Positions 1 through 14,500 of a stretch of 64,000 nucleotides of DNA are shown here, piece after piece (position 1 is the stretch's first letter; the number at the start of each line of letters is the position of its first letter). The stretch covers positions 45,882,001 to 45,946,000 of the forward strand of contig NC_087251.1 in the NCBI RefSeq assembly GCF_037042905.1. Direction: 5' to 3'. The notes below the pieces were generated by a model, which was given only the letters and a program-made list of their open reading frames with translations, was not told where the DNA came from and made no database searches. The DNA is from Lytechinus pictus (taxonomy: Eukaryota). The position numbers and the translations under genes are program-made.

Positions 1-1929
1 AAGTTTTCTGCTATGGGTCCCTTTAATTAATATAATACTCAAGCTACATGTATGACTTTGCTCACCCACCATCACGGCATCACCCAAACAACTTACTTCA
101 TATTCGATATGTAGATGGTGTGTACAGTATGTAATGTAAGTTTGTAATCTGAAAACATTCGACTTGACGAATCCACCACTCCCAGCTGGCAGGTTAATAC
201 CTAACAGGTCAAGTATAGGCCAATAACTGGGTAAAAAATGTGCATTGTTTATCATCATGGTGATAGGATGATGATCATCGATTGTACCCTTGATGAACAA
301 ACGGAGGAAATAGGAAGTAGTCGTTAGAAGGGAAATTAAAGAGATACTGTTCTACTTTCTGCGCAAATAATACCATTCTATTCGTAGCTATAGACCTGCA
401 TTCAAGGTGAAACAAAAAGGAAATAGTTGATAGTACACTCATAGCGATTACACTGTACTTGATAATGATATGATGAAGCCTATTATATTCTTCACATGGG
501 AAAGATTGGCGCATGCATGAAAATGGTGGGTACCGAATATTCACACCCTCCCCTATTCATATTTTGAGAAGTGTGTGAACATCACCCCTCCCCTTATTTC
601 AAAATAAATGAGAGGTGAAGTAGTTAGCTTTTATTATTCTCTCCATATGCTTTGTAATTCAAGTCATACTAGCAGATCATATACATGTAAATAACAATAA
701 AAACCCAACTCATCAGATAAATATTCAGACTCTCTCAATCACATATACATGTATATCCCGTAAAATAATCCTGAAGTACACTGAAAATCTCGACTTCTAA
801 GTTTCACCTTTGTCGTTGTGTCTACGTGTACAGAAAAGATTCGACCTCCATCATGGAGTGCATGCAGTGCAATACTAGTAGTTCAAGGGTTACGAAAATA
901 TGAGATGTCTGGATATGGGCATAGTGGGGGTGTGTCGGTCGATGGATGTTTTGACTGCATCTCTGTGTGTCACTATACATGTATGGTCTGCAGGCACAGA
1001 CCTGTGGTTTTTGCAATTCGCAATAGCGCATCATGCATGGAGAGTCTGAAGTAGTGAGACTAGATTTACTGTGTACCGTGGCTGCATGCCTCAGAGAGTT
1101 TTAGTCTAGTCTTCATTGCAGACATGGTATAATAAGTGTCGAATTACATCATACAGTCAAAGTGGGCAACTTTTGCGATTTGCGACCACTAATTCTGTAT
1201 GATGTAAAGGTATGCGTTTTGTGTTCAAATGCTTTACCATGATTACCGTGATGAAGCCCGAATTACCTACCATTGAATTTACAATAAAAACATACATTTC
1301 ACGCATTTTTTTTTGTATTTTTGTTAGGACATGTTTGAACTTCACTCTCATTATAATGTGAAACAAGGTTATTGCTGAAAATGTGGAATTGTAATTTGTA
1401 TAACCTATGATGAAGGGCTTCCTTATTGTCAAATGTACCAAACTTGAATGATATAATAGTGACTTGACATCATCGGATCTCTCATTTCAGTCATTTGTAT
1501 GTCTCTATCACCGTCATTGACAGGCAAATTCCTTATCTTACATCTAGTTCTGATGAAATTTTCAGCATTATGCTTGTTCGATTTTCTCTGTTTAGTCAAA
1601 TCTTATTTTGATAGGATGGACTTGAAATTTAATTCTTCAATTTTACCCATTCAGTTATATACAATATTTGTAATACTCTTTTGGCGAAGTACATGCTCAC
1701 ACAGTATGCCTGCATAATGTGTGAGCATGTACTTTCTGGGGATGTGATGTGTTATTTATTCTGAATTTGATTTGAGTTATTGGAAGTATAATGCCGTCGA
1801 TCTACATGTACATTGTATTCATGTAAACGTGATAAAGGTTGCCTTTCTTTTGGTGTAAGATTGCCTGAGAATGTGTTTTGTGTCTGGAAACTCAACCGAA
1901 TATAATTTATTTTGAAAAATCTTCGTGAA

Positions 1930-2240
1930 GTGAGTGACGTCATAGCTGAAAAAAACCAATGCAATCAGCACAGCGGACTCCAAATGGTCGAATTGCTTTC
2001 ATTTCCATTTAACTGCACTTCGTACCGGTACTTATTCGATTGCGTGAGCCCACGATGACGTCCCATTGTATTCATATCTAACTTGCCTCTTTAGTATCTG
2101 CTCTGTCGTTCGGATATCTGTAAAAGAGTTCTTTTGGCATTTGGTCTTCGACGAGTTGTCTTGCTACTTGCTTTTCTCTCTGTCTTTTCGAGTGTATGGA
2201 AATTATCAAGCAATCATTCTTTTTTATCGTGTCGGTGAGA
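1930..2240 (+). promoter_or_regulatory. Putative ENT promoter and non-coding first exon
   Basis: Full CRE TGACGTCA at 1935-1942, CCAAT at 1956-1960, CRE-like TGACGTC at 2056-2062, candidate donor TCG|GTGAGA at 2235. An acceptor CACAG at 2481-2485 precedes the ATG exon. Confidence 0.35.
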
Positions 2241-2507
2241 AGAGTACTATACAGAATGCACGATTGATTTTGCCATATATTGGACTTAATTTTTTTTATT
2301 CAGAACTATATAAGCCCTGTAGTCTTATTTTTAAAAGCATAAAGAATTCTACCGTCTGGGAATTATCAAGAATCTTCAAACATTAATCATTTATCTGGAT
2401 ATTTTTGAGAGGATATAACTTTTGCTTCAACTGTGTGACTGTTCCGTCTATTTATGCTTCCCTTACTCCTATTTTAGTTCCACAGATTAGTCAGCGAATA
2501 AAATACG

Positions 2508-5500
2508 ATGCCGCAGAGTGCGACAAAGACACTCGAAGTGCAGGCCGATCTCGACGACGGGTCAGCATGGCCGACAACGGCACCCGTCGCGAACGGCGTC
2601 ATGCCGACCAACCCGAGCAGTCAAAGACTTGTTGCTGATATCCAACCCAATGGTGACATTGAAATGGAGTACGTCGTCAACGCCACATCTCCGAGCCGCG
2701 AAAAGTACACGGCAATGGAGGTGGTGTCGGAACACACACAAACGAGGTTTGATGCCAAAGGAGAACTGGAGCAAGGTCCGGAATCGAGACCACCTCGAGA
2801 TAAGTAAGTTTGAAAACTCTCCTCAGTCCTCATATACTATCATTATCATCGTCGTTATCGTCATTATCATTATCTTTACATCACCATCATCATTATAATG
2901 ATCATCATCATCACTACCACCACCACCGCCATCATCGCCGTCATCATCATCACCATCGCCGCCACCATCTTCTTCATCTTTATCATCATCTTTATTATAT
3001 TTTTCGTTATCGTCATCGCCATCATAATCATTTTATTTCAGGCTGCATTTTGTCTCTTACCAAGGGATACCGTCTTTCCGTCAAGATGACACTCTTGCCA
3101 CTTCTCTCTGTTTTGACCATCCTCCTTCAGACCAAAATTACCTTGATAGAATAATCTTCAAAACCAATTATAAAATAAATGACATTTCATGTGTTCATGA
3201 CAGATAATGAAATAATTTTCATAAATATACTGTCCCAATTCTTTGCAGGTTCATGGTCGCCATCATAATATTCGCCATTCATGGAATCGGAACTCTTTAT
3301 CCCTGGAACAGCTTCATCACGGCTCAAAGGGTAAGTATTCAGATGAATATTTACGAATGCACTTTTATTTAGAAGTCATTAATGGATTAATAATCATGTA
3401 TTGTATTCACAAGATGTTGATCTTTATATCTGTAGAGTTAGATCATAATACACGTCACATTATCTTATCAATATACACTACTCCCAAATCAGAATGGTCG
3501 CAGTTTGCTTTTATTTTATAATGACCCATCATATCTTTATTTCCCTTTTCAGTATTTCACAGACATTCATTTGCTAGTGCACTCGTTATTAATGATTTGT
3601 ATTTATATCTTATTCACAAGATGTTTTGATTGAAATGATTATGCTAAATGTTGATCGTAGTTTCATAGTACATGTCACATTATCTAATAAACATTAAAAA
3701 AAAACCTCGTCAGTCGTAGTTTGCCTTTGTTTTGTAACGACCCATCATATCTTTGACTTTATTTTGCCTTTCAGTATTTCACAGATCATAAGTTTGCTAA
3801 CGTCAGCGACGACACCGAGTATAAAGACAAGTTCATAAGCTACCTTGGAATTGGAGGCTTCATTCCCAATGTCACATTTCTCTTCATCGCACTCTTCTTT
3901 CCACCAAAGTAAGTCATAAATCAGGGCGCCGTTTCAAAAAGCTGTTCGTAAGTTAAGAGCGACTTTAAGAACGACTGGTGATCCTTTCTTTTGGTAAATG
4001 GTATAATAAATTGGCGATAGTTTAGCGCGTAAGAAAGGATCACCAGTCGTTCTTAAAGTCGCTTCCTAACTTACGAACAGCTTTATGAAACGGCCCCCGA
4101 TGCCTTGTTGCCGCTTTTCTCGATCTAGTTCTTCTGAAAAATAATAACAAAAAATAATGGACGACAAGGCCGCGATATTAATCAAAGCCTTGTTTCATAA
4201 AAATCAAGGGGGGTGTATCATAGAGCTGTTCGTAATTTAAGAGCGACTATTGATCCTTTCTTATGCAGTGAATATTCACCAATGAACATTTTAATGGTGA
4301 ATATTATTTACCACAAAAAAGGATCACCAGTCGTTCTTAAAGTCACTCTTAACTTACGAACAGCTTTATGAAACGGCCTCCTGGTATCAATGTTTGTACC
4401 TACTGAAATTGCATCATTAAGTTTGTTGGCTTATAAATGTACGATTTTCTTGAAATTGTATCATTCGTAATTTATGAAACGGAGATCAGAGTAAGTGGTT
4501 TGTGACTTCAGTGCCGTGAACTTGAAGATGTCTTGTGTTTGCTTGACTTGTTGTTTGACTTGTAAGGTCTTGAACTGTATAACATAGTATGTTTGAAAGA
4601 TATGCACATAAAGAGTTGACATTTGTTGTGATTCACACAAATGCATATACATGTATACCTTATCAGAAGATTGGAAAATGTACATGTAGATCACGTTTTA
4701 AGCCCTTTTTTAAGCTCCTATTAGCGTTCAGCAAGTTAGAGGGTCTGGCACTATTTTCGGGGAGGATATTTCCATCGATAGTTTATATTCGTTTGGGATT
4801 CACGCATTTACATATACCTTATCAGAAGTTTAACGTTTTTGGATTTACCATTGGATTTCACGAAGATAACGTTGTGTAATTTGTTGAATACGTTCATTTA
4901 AAGGCCGGAAATAATTGCAATCTACGCCCGAAATGTACTTCCCTTATATCTGAATAAAAACCCAAGGGCTATCATGAATGCAAGTCTGAATTCGGTTTTC
5001 GAATAACTGAATCTACTTCTTGATTACGAAAATTGAAAGTCCTTTTTTGTACGTCCGTATTTCGGAGGTAGAACGGAAAATCTGGAGGTTTTGTAGATTT
5101 ACGGTCCAATGACCATTGTCTATGACTTTCATTATAATATTTACTTGGCGCTTCTGAATAAAAAAATTTCTATAGCGACAATCTCGTACTCGATTATCGT
5201 TAGGCCTATATTCATTATTAGTGACCGTTGTGTTGTTTAAATATCATTTATTGTGATATTGTCTATTTGTGAAAATTTCTCTCTTTATGCATGCATACAT
5301 GTAAGTACATCATGAAAATAAATATATCAACATTAGTCAACATAAAATGTAGACAAATTACAAAAGTCACAAAAGTATGGTTATAATTATCCAACGTAAT
5401 AAGTGATATAAATGTATTGAAGCGTTGAGAAATTAATTGATCATAAATGCACTCGGTCACTCTTTTCTGCGCATGTTAGTATACACATAGTCCCTCATGT

Positions 5501-8500
5501 TTATGAAATTTATATGTATTTTGTTATTTTAGGCCCAGCTTTTGAATTGAAAGCGTCGTGACCTCTTCTTTTGAAAATCATGCAGCACATGTTCGAGCAC
5601 TATCGAATCGGTCAATATGATGATGTTGAGTAAATTGTACTTTGAACTATTTTGTTTAGACTTATTAAGGGCCGGGTTTAACCTGACTGAACAAATAAAT
5701 ATAATCCTCCAGCTTATTATCTGTCGACTTAGTGACACGACGTCACCATTTTGTTTTTACGATTGAAGGACAATACGAGGGTTTTTACTTCTGTAAAATC
5801 GTGGTCTCTTGCTGGGCTAACTTAGACATGTTAGAAAGCATAAATTGAATGTCATTGACTCACTTTATATCCAAACAAGTGTTTGCAGTGCGAAATATAT
5901 TTTCACTGTTAATATAAAACCACGAGCTTTACAATGGCGCTAATCAGGCGCCCATTTCAAGTATTCTACATTATCGACATAATACACATTAATTTTAACT
6001 CAAATTACCCTTGTACATAACATTGCTGTTTTTTAATGCTTTATACATTGTAATCAAAGTGTAAATAGTTCTACTTAGTGTACCGAAATTTATCAAAGTT
6101 GATAAATGGCACCACTCAAAAATAATTTCGTTCGTCATCGTCATCATTTTGAATGGCCATTCTCGATCATAATTTCCACTAAACCGTCAAGTGTTACCAA
6201 TATGTACCATACATTAACGGTTTTCTCAAAGTCATGGATTACAACATATGGTAATATACTGCTTGGGTTGTACTTCCTGTAGCTCAGGATATGAATTTTT
6301 TAAACTCGGAATGAACGTGGAAGCAGAATTATCAGGAAATATAGTACTTTCTTTAAACTGTGCAGTAGGACATTTTTATGATAAGTCAAAGATATAAACA
6401 TGTCATTGATAGTCTGATAAACGTAATTTTATTTTGGTTTAGTTAGCTTTTACTTGGTTAGTTAGCATTTAATATGTAATGAATACACGGTAAAAATATT
6501 TTGAATAACTGTTATAGAAAGTTAAGCAATGCTGTTAAGTCACTCTAATAATAACAGTTGTTTAAACTGTCTAACAACCGTTGTTTAAACTATCAAGCAA
6601 CTAGTGTTGTTTATGCAATTTATATTTTACGCAGTCTTTTGAACAACAGCCTTCTTTAGACAGGGTAGCCCTTTAAATGTCGAGTTTTGCTCGTTCAGGA
6701 GCCCAGTCTGTATTGGTGGTAGATGTACATTTTAATGCATAATAAAGAATACAATAACATCTGTATCGATTGTCTGAAAATGAATGTACTGTTTTCCCCT
6801 TTGGCGAAAAGCCTCACGAGAGAATTGCACCTATGATGTGGACCCATATGGCCGGGCCATATGGTCACAGTTTGCTTTATTAGAATTGTCAAGGTAGCAG
6901 AAATAATGTAAATCCATGACATTGGAAAAGTTAAGCCATAACTCTATAGAAATCCATAAAAGTCATAATTTCTTATACAGGAAATAATTTGCAAAATGTC
7001 CTTTGTAAACAAAGGAGAACACACCAAATTGTCAAGAAATCAATGAATTTATGGATATACATTCATATCTAGATTTTTTTTTGGAACAAACATGCATTTT
7101 ATATTTTGACTTTGCTGGCTTTCCATAGTTGCGATTGATCGGATCAAGATGGGCCCCAGTTGCAATCAAACGCAACTTTAAAAAAATCATGCCCAACTTG
7201 ATTTTCAACCAATCAACAGCGCGCATTTGGGACTTGCGATTGATTTTTTTGACTTGCGTTTACACGCAACTCTTTCTGCAACGGACCCCTGATCAGTCGT
7301 GGCAATCGTATTGATCGTTTAATCTCTCTGAATAGTTCAAAAATTTTCGCGATCAGTTACAAAAGGCCAATCGTGGCTTTCATTAAGGATCGCACGGCAG
7401 TGAGAACGAGGTATAATGGTATGATAATAATAGATGCCCCAATTACTGATAATGCCATATTTTTAAGGCCAAAACTGTTCCTATTTTGAAAATTATAGAT
7501 TTATTACCTATATTATATTTCAATGTGAAACAGATGTTCAAGTAAATGCAGAAAATAAAACGTACATTTAACGCGGAACGGGGGGGGGGGGGGTGGGGGC
7601 GGCGGCGGGGACAGACCTTTTTCAATAAATGTGTACAGAAACGCATCTATAGATGACCACCCGATTGTGTTTTAGCATGCCCCCCCCCCCTCCTTTCAAA
7701 ACTGTTCCGCCCCCCCCCCTTCGTATGATGTTAATATGAATAGCTGGAATCATATATAATTTATTTATTTACATTTGATTTCAATATTTTTTTCATGAAA
7801 ATAAATGCTTACGAATTTTCCTTGTCTCGGTTCAGATCTTCCAGGTTTTCGACGTTTGGTGGACTCTTTGCGATGTTTGTGATGTTTATTCTTACGACTA
7901 TACTCGCCATCGTCGATTCTTTTTCATGTAAGTTTCTCATTTTTAAAATGATCTTTATATCTCCTTATCTTGAAGTGTTTATGAGAATGTACCAATTGGT
8001 GTTTTCGAATGGTATATACTATTCTAAGTTAATTCTTAGATAAAACGCTGAACTATTTGTTATTTTCATTCAACACAGATGAACTCTCATGATCCCAAGT
8101 TTGCTTATTTTAAATGATCACACGTTGGTGCTAAATGTATGAAGGAGGAATGCATATAAGTGCCTTGCTCAAGGTGTCGTGGCCGGGAATCGAACCCCAG
8201 ACTTTCGTGTGTCTAGTCAAGCGCCTCGGCCACGAAAAACCTCCGCATGCTTTAACTTTCGTTTAGCCCTTCTTTACCAATATTTTTCATCTTTCCTCTT
8301 GTTCTAGGGCCTCACATTTTCTTCGGAATTACCATGGTGACAATTATCATTTTTAATGGTAAGTGTTGACGATTCTCACATTGTATATATATACCGTTTA
8401 CAGTAAATGGAATGATGAAATTGATGCATGACTTGATTTGTTTGGAATCATCTCTTCGCGTGGATAAGCAGATCCATGATCCATTGGAAAGTGTATAATA

Positions 8501-11500
8501 GTTATGAAAACATTAAGAGAGCTCATAAAAAATTACGTAGGTTATGCATGATCATGACTCAATGCCGGTTTGAAATCAAACTCTTTATTTGTGCATATAA
8601 GCATGTGGGTGTGAGATTGTGTGTTGTGAGTGTTTATGTGTGTGATTACGTGGTTCAGTGGCCTCATACGAAGTGATGAAAAGGGTAGATTAAACGTAGA
8701 TTTGATTTAAATACAAAAAAATTTGGACTTGAGCGGGTCATGGAAAGGAAGTGAGATACTGAGACAAACGTGGGAGAATGAATGAAAACGAGGGAGTGTT
8801 GTCAAAGATTTAACTTTGATTTAAAGTCATGTTTGAATGCCAAAATCATGCTCATTTATTGTGTCAAAAGCCCCTCGCCCCAATATATATGAATATTACC
8901 CGATCTTTGTGAATTCTGTCCATTTGAATTCGGGTTATCATTCGTAGGTCGACTGGTATATTGTACAATCGATTAAGTAGCTCCATGTTTTAGCACCGTT
9001 AAACCTTTGCAACAACGACAACCCCCCCCCCGAATTTCGTATCTAGACGAAGCCTGCGATGGACCTATAAAATAATTTCTGATTGTTATGAATGCTTATC
9101 GCGTCAATATTTTGATACGTGCTAGATCTTATGGTCAAAGTTCATTATTCTGAAAGAGTTGTTGATCATGAAATCGATTGTTCTTTACATCATTGCATAT
9201 CAGCTGTTAAGGATATAGTTGAGCCCAAGTCGCCCATTTCTACCTTCCGTCCTTTTCCGTTTTGAATAAAAGGACGTCCATTGAATGGGAGGAAATTGCA
9301 AATACTATGCCCGTTTTCACTTTCATTGTTTTAAAGTAATTTTTGCACTTTCGTGTACCGTAATTGTGACTGATCACTGTACATATCCAATGTAGTACGC
9401 GCGGCGACTTCAGTGAGAATGGTATGGGGGGGGGGGGGGTGGGACACCGGGATTTTTTTTTAAATTGTGAAATAGTTATTCATTCATGTGTGTGCTTCAA
9501 TGTAAATTCAAAATCACATGAGATTCGTGAGATATCATATTTTCATTATGGCAAATACGAATGAATCATGATCCGTCATTTTCAATACCAGTTTATCTTT
9601 GCTTTAACGCTCCCTATTTGTTCTGGATAGGGCAGCTGGCATTGTTCCTTGGCAATGTACGGTGTAAATATTTACATTATACCTGTATGAGTGTTTTCAG
9701 AAAAGTTTGAATAGTTCGGCTCGACATCTGTATACGTCTATTTTGTTTGTTTGTGGGTTCGTTTATAAAATTTAATCATTTTCCTCGCGAAATGCCGGGG
9801 TGGGGAAGTAGCTCACCGAGTAGTCTCACCTGGGTCCAGTAAAATAAAGGTTATAGCTATTAATCGTATATACGCTTGATTTTTACGATTAATCGTACGT
9901 AGTAGTCAATCGTTTAAAAATGTTCTACGATGTAAGCTTTGTTTAACGGACCCCTGGTACGATTTTATGAACTTGTACAAGCAACTTTGTGTTGCGACAT
10001 TGGACGTTTACGCGGCAATCGCAAATTTTCGTAGAGAGAATTAAAGAGGGCGTAAGGGGGAGGGGGTCAAAATGACCGCTGTTAAAATAGGGTTGAGGAT
10101 AACTGACTAAAGCATGGTCGATAAAGTTGTGTGGATTTTTTTTATGGGGGGGGGGTCTATGATTTGAGTAACAGGAACTTGATTATCATCTTGAAGATAT
10201 ACATGTAATGTTAGCATACGTGATTGTGTCTTCTACTACGAGTAGTGCTGTCTTCGAACTATCAGTCTCTTGCCTTACCTGCAGAAAAGTCTTTATCAGT
10301 CATTCACGTCGGGTTAATCTAATCAATCAGGAGACATTGACCCGGTGTCGATGTTCATTTAAGCATTTTGTATTGTGTTGGTTATCTGAGACGTAGAACT
10401 TAAGTGAGTAAAGTGACCCTCAAACGCTGGATTTGAATAGAAAAAGAATCAACCGGAGAATCGGGTTATCGTGATTGTTGAAAAGGGCGGTTCACTTGTG
10501 CCAACACAAGTATACATTATCATTATTTGAACAATACGGAAGTTGTGACTTGAAAAGCTCTTCTGATTTGTGCATGCAAGTTCAGTATGCACAAATCCGT
10601 ATTGTTCCGAAAAAAAATATATGAAAATTACAAAGTACCATACCCTAGAATCGAAGTAAAAAACCGTCCCCTTTATTTTTACTCTTTATGCATTTTTTAT
10701 TTCCTACCCTACCCCAAAAAAAAAACGCTTACGTGTGGAGATTGTAATCTCTTTTTTTTCAAAAAGCTCATCTGAGTTAAGCATGCAAGTATGCACATAT
10801 ATACTGATTTCGAAATAAAATGATTATGAACTTCTTACGCCAGTTATGATCACTTCTTAGGGGATTATTGGAATGAATGTAAATGCGAAGAAAATAATTA
10901 GGGACTTTACATTTTCATTTCATGAGAATTCTAAATACTATAATTTTTATAAAAGAATTCAGTCGAGCATATACATGTCTAATTAAAACGCAATTTTCTC
11001 GGTGCACGCAAGGTAGACGAGAGCTTTTGTTGACCTCTTCTTCTAGGTTATTTTGTCCATAGAATTTCAGAAGACAGAGAAAAAGTGGATTGACTTGGTT
11101 GATCAATTTTATTCAATTGAATCTTGTATATAATTCTGGGGAACTTCATGGAAGTAACGTTAAAGGGATATTCCAGGCTGAGAAATATATGATTTTAACA
11201 GACAAAGTAAAATCTGACATAACAAAATTCTGAAAATTTCATCAAAATCGGACAAGGAATATCAAAGTTATGAATTATTTTGGTGAAACAGTTGTGTCTC
11301 ATGAATATGCAATGAGGGAGCAGACGATGTCATATCCCCCAGTTATTCTTTTGTATTTCTTCATATTAAATTGCATTTATTCAAATTTTGTCCTAAAAAA
11401 ATGAAACAAATTGGAATGACTACTGATGTAATGTGAAAGATAATCATAAACACAGAGTGAAAATTTACCCAATATTGGGTAGAAAAGGAGCATGCATGTT

Positions 11501-14500
11501 TGTTGGGTAATTCCCCCCAATATTTGGCAGAATGCATGTTTGAAGGGTAAATATTCAACGCAACATTGCGTAAAATTTACAAAATATTTGGTATCTTTTT
11601 ACCCAACAAACATGCATGTTCCCATTTTACCCAATATTGGGTAAAGCTTTTTTTATTGCAAGGGAGTCATATACTATAATACACATACATATGAAAAATG
11701 AAATTATTTCATGTAATAACACGAGGAAAGTGAAAGAAGGAGACATGACATCATCAGGGCCCTGTTGCATAAAAGTCACTATTATGGCAACTTTGTCATC
11801 CAATGGTTACTACCAATGATGATCATCAACCAATCAGAATCAAGGATTCCATGCAAGTTACCATTGCATGACAAAGTTAACTTCTGCAACGGGGCCCAGG
11901 TCACTTATGACGGCGTGCATATAACTGTTTTTCACCAAATATTGCTTAACTTTGACATTCAATAACTTTGTTATTTGTTATCAGATTTTGATGAAAGTTT
12001 CACTGTTTTGCTCGATGATTTTTTTACACTTTTTTTTCGGATATAATAACTTCTAGTCCTCGATAGAAAAAAAGGACAATTTTCTTACTATTTTACAACC
12101 ATGACCATTTTTTTTTTCATTTAAAAAAAAATGTGTATTAATTTTGTTTTTAGCTGCCTCTGCTGTTTATCAGTCTGGAATGTACGCGTTTGCCGCCAAG
12201 CTCCCTGAAGGATACACTCAAAGCTATATTGTCGGACAGGTGATTATAACCATATTAGTTGATGACTGTTTCCGCGGTTAAATGTAATAATCTGTTCAAT
12301 GACTCAGGATTAGCGAATAGCAGGTGAATTATCTCTGCTGCTAATATTGGGAAACATGCATGAGTTAAAGGGACAAGCTTATTTTTTGCTTCTTTAAATT
12401 ACCACGATAAGATGTTTTTCTTGATTATTTTCAACATATGTTTACGGAGATAACATAGCCATAGCCTTTCCTAAATATTTCAATTTTCTGTTGAATCGAT
12501 TTAAAACAAAATACATTTAAGAATATAAAAAAGTACATAACCGTAAATATTTTAACATTTCAAATTTCATGATGGCAACAATGCGTGCGAGTTTTCAGAA
12601 CCGATAGCTCAGCTTCCATTACTTTTCATACAGCTAAATCTTTGGCAGAAATTATTAGATAACACTCTAAAGAGAAATAAATTATTTTTCAGACAATTTG
12701 AGTGAAGATGAATGAAAAATTTTACATTACAAAGTCGACATTATAATATAATTCCCTTTAAAGTCCAAATCAAATTTTCTGAAAAATCTCATAGAGTAAT
12801 TTAGCTAAATTGATGCATAAAATCAAAGGTTTTTTTAACTAAATAAAGCCCACAAAGTATTTTTTCAGCGCCAGTTTGTCTTTATGATGGTATATGTCTT
12901 ACCTTCAAAACCATTTCTCTGTTATTATACTTTGTAAGAAAAGGTTTTCAGCGATGTTAAATGGGAAAAGTCATTTTAACTTGAACATTAAATTCAAACT
13001 TCTCCGACATTCTGTGTATTGAATTAGAAACTCGTTTAAAAACAAATGGCATAGTCCGCCCCGACATTAATTTGTGAAACCACTGACCTCAATTTGGTAA
13101 TTATACACAATTTTTTAATTTTATAGTCCAACCTTTCGTATTTTAAAATTCTTCTAGGGGATCGGAGGAACGTTTGTTGCTGTTTTGTCAATCATGTCGA
13201 TAACATGTAAGTATAACTTTAAAGCTTCACATGCATAGGTTGTTATCAATTGATGTTACGTAATATCGGAGAGCTAAAAGGCAATTGTACTTTTGGTCAG
13301 TCCCATGATTTTTTCGTTTTTCTCTCTTTTTTCTGTTATTATTGTCCCGTACGACACGTTACTATTTAACTTCAATTGTAAAGGTTACGTAATCGAGTCA
13401 ATTTAGTTCTTGGTTCCTGTTCCCCTTCTTGACATTACTTGAGGATCACCATCGATCAAGAAATTTTTTTTTTTTTCATGTCAAGAAGATGTGAAATGGT
13501 GTCCCGTACGACTCAGCCTTGAATCGCCCTTTTGGGAATTTTGATTCTTGACTTTCCCTCGCATATTCTTGAGGCATTTTTCTTTTCATTTATTTGTTGA
13601 AATTTCCACAAATAAAGACTGATCGGCACGGAGAAAAAATAATTTATGAATGGTTTGAATATTACCAAGTCATACACCCAAGCAAAAATGTGCGTTATCA
13701 GAGACGTTATTTATGTAGTACGCATTTTGTTCATTTATCGTTTTATATAATTGAATTCGAGATACAATGAAAATTGTTTACGTCCTTATTCCTTTTTCTT
13801 TGATATGTTCCAGCTGAATCTGTCTTCCAATATTTAATATATCTTCTTGGTTCTATTATTCAGTTGCCGGAAGTCTCCGCAGTGCGGCTATCGGATACTT
13901 TTGTTGTGCTGTGTTGGTCCTACTCGTCTGCTTAATCACCTTCATCATGCTTTTTAAACTGGTGAGAGTTTGGCCGATATTCCACCTGTCCGATGACCTC
14001 AATATATCATCCCCATGGTTACAGTAACCTTGGTAGCATTTTGTATCGGATTATGACAGTTCCTTTTCATAATGTGACGTTATTATGATGTATAAAGACA
14101 GATTAAAGAGATGTGATGTTTCAAATATGGCTGACGTCTTTAGAAGTGTGAAAATCAACCATCTTTAAGTAGAGGATTACAAGAAGGGCTTTATACGTTT
14201 TGTCATGGACAAAGTTTTAATTCCTGGGGGGGGGGGGGGGGGGAATGAACTGTTTTATGTAAAATTGTGACGGGCATTCAAATGTGTTAGAATTTGGTTA
14301 ACCACATTGCCATCTTAAACAAAAATCTATTGGAATTATATAAATCTATGAAACTATCAAATGCAGACTCTTGACTTGATCACGCTCAAAAGGTATAATC
14401 ATTGTTGTGATGCGTTTATCAATATTATCATTTACTATGGTTGTGTTTACAAGATTTTAGTTCAAGTGACGTGCAACTTTGCGTGATCTATGTTTTGTTT

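Noticed and set aside
2810..3154. His-rich and Ile-rich ORFs
   Set aside because: (CAT)n microsatellite in ENT intron 1.
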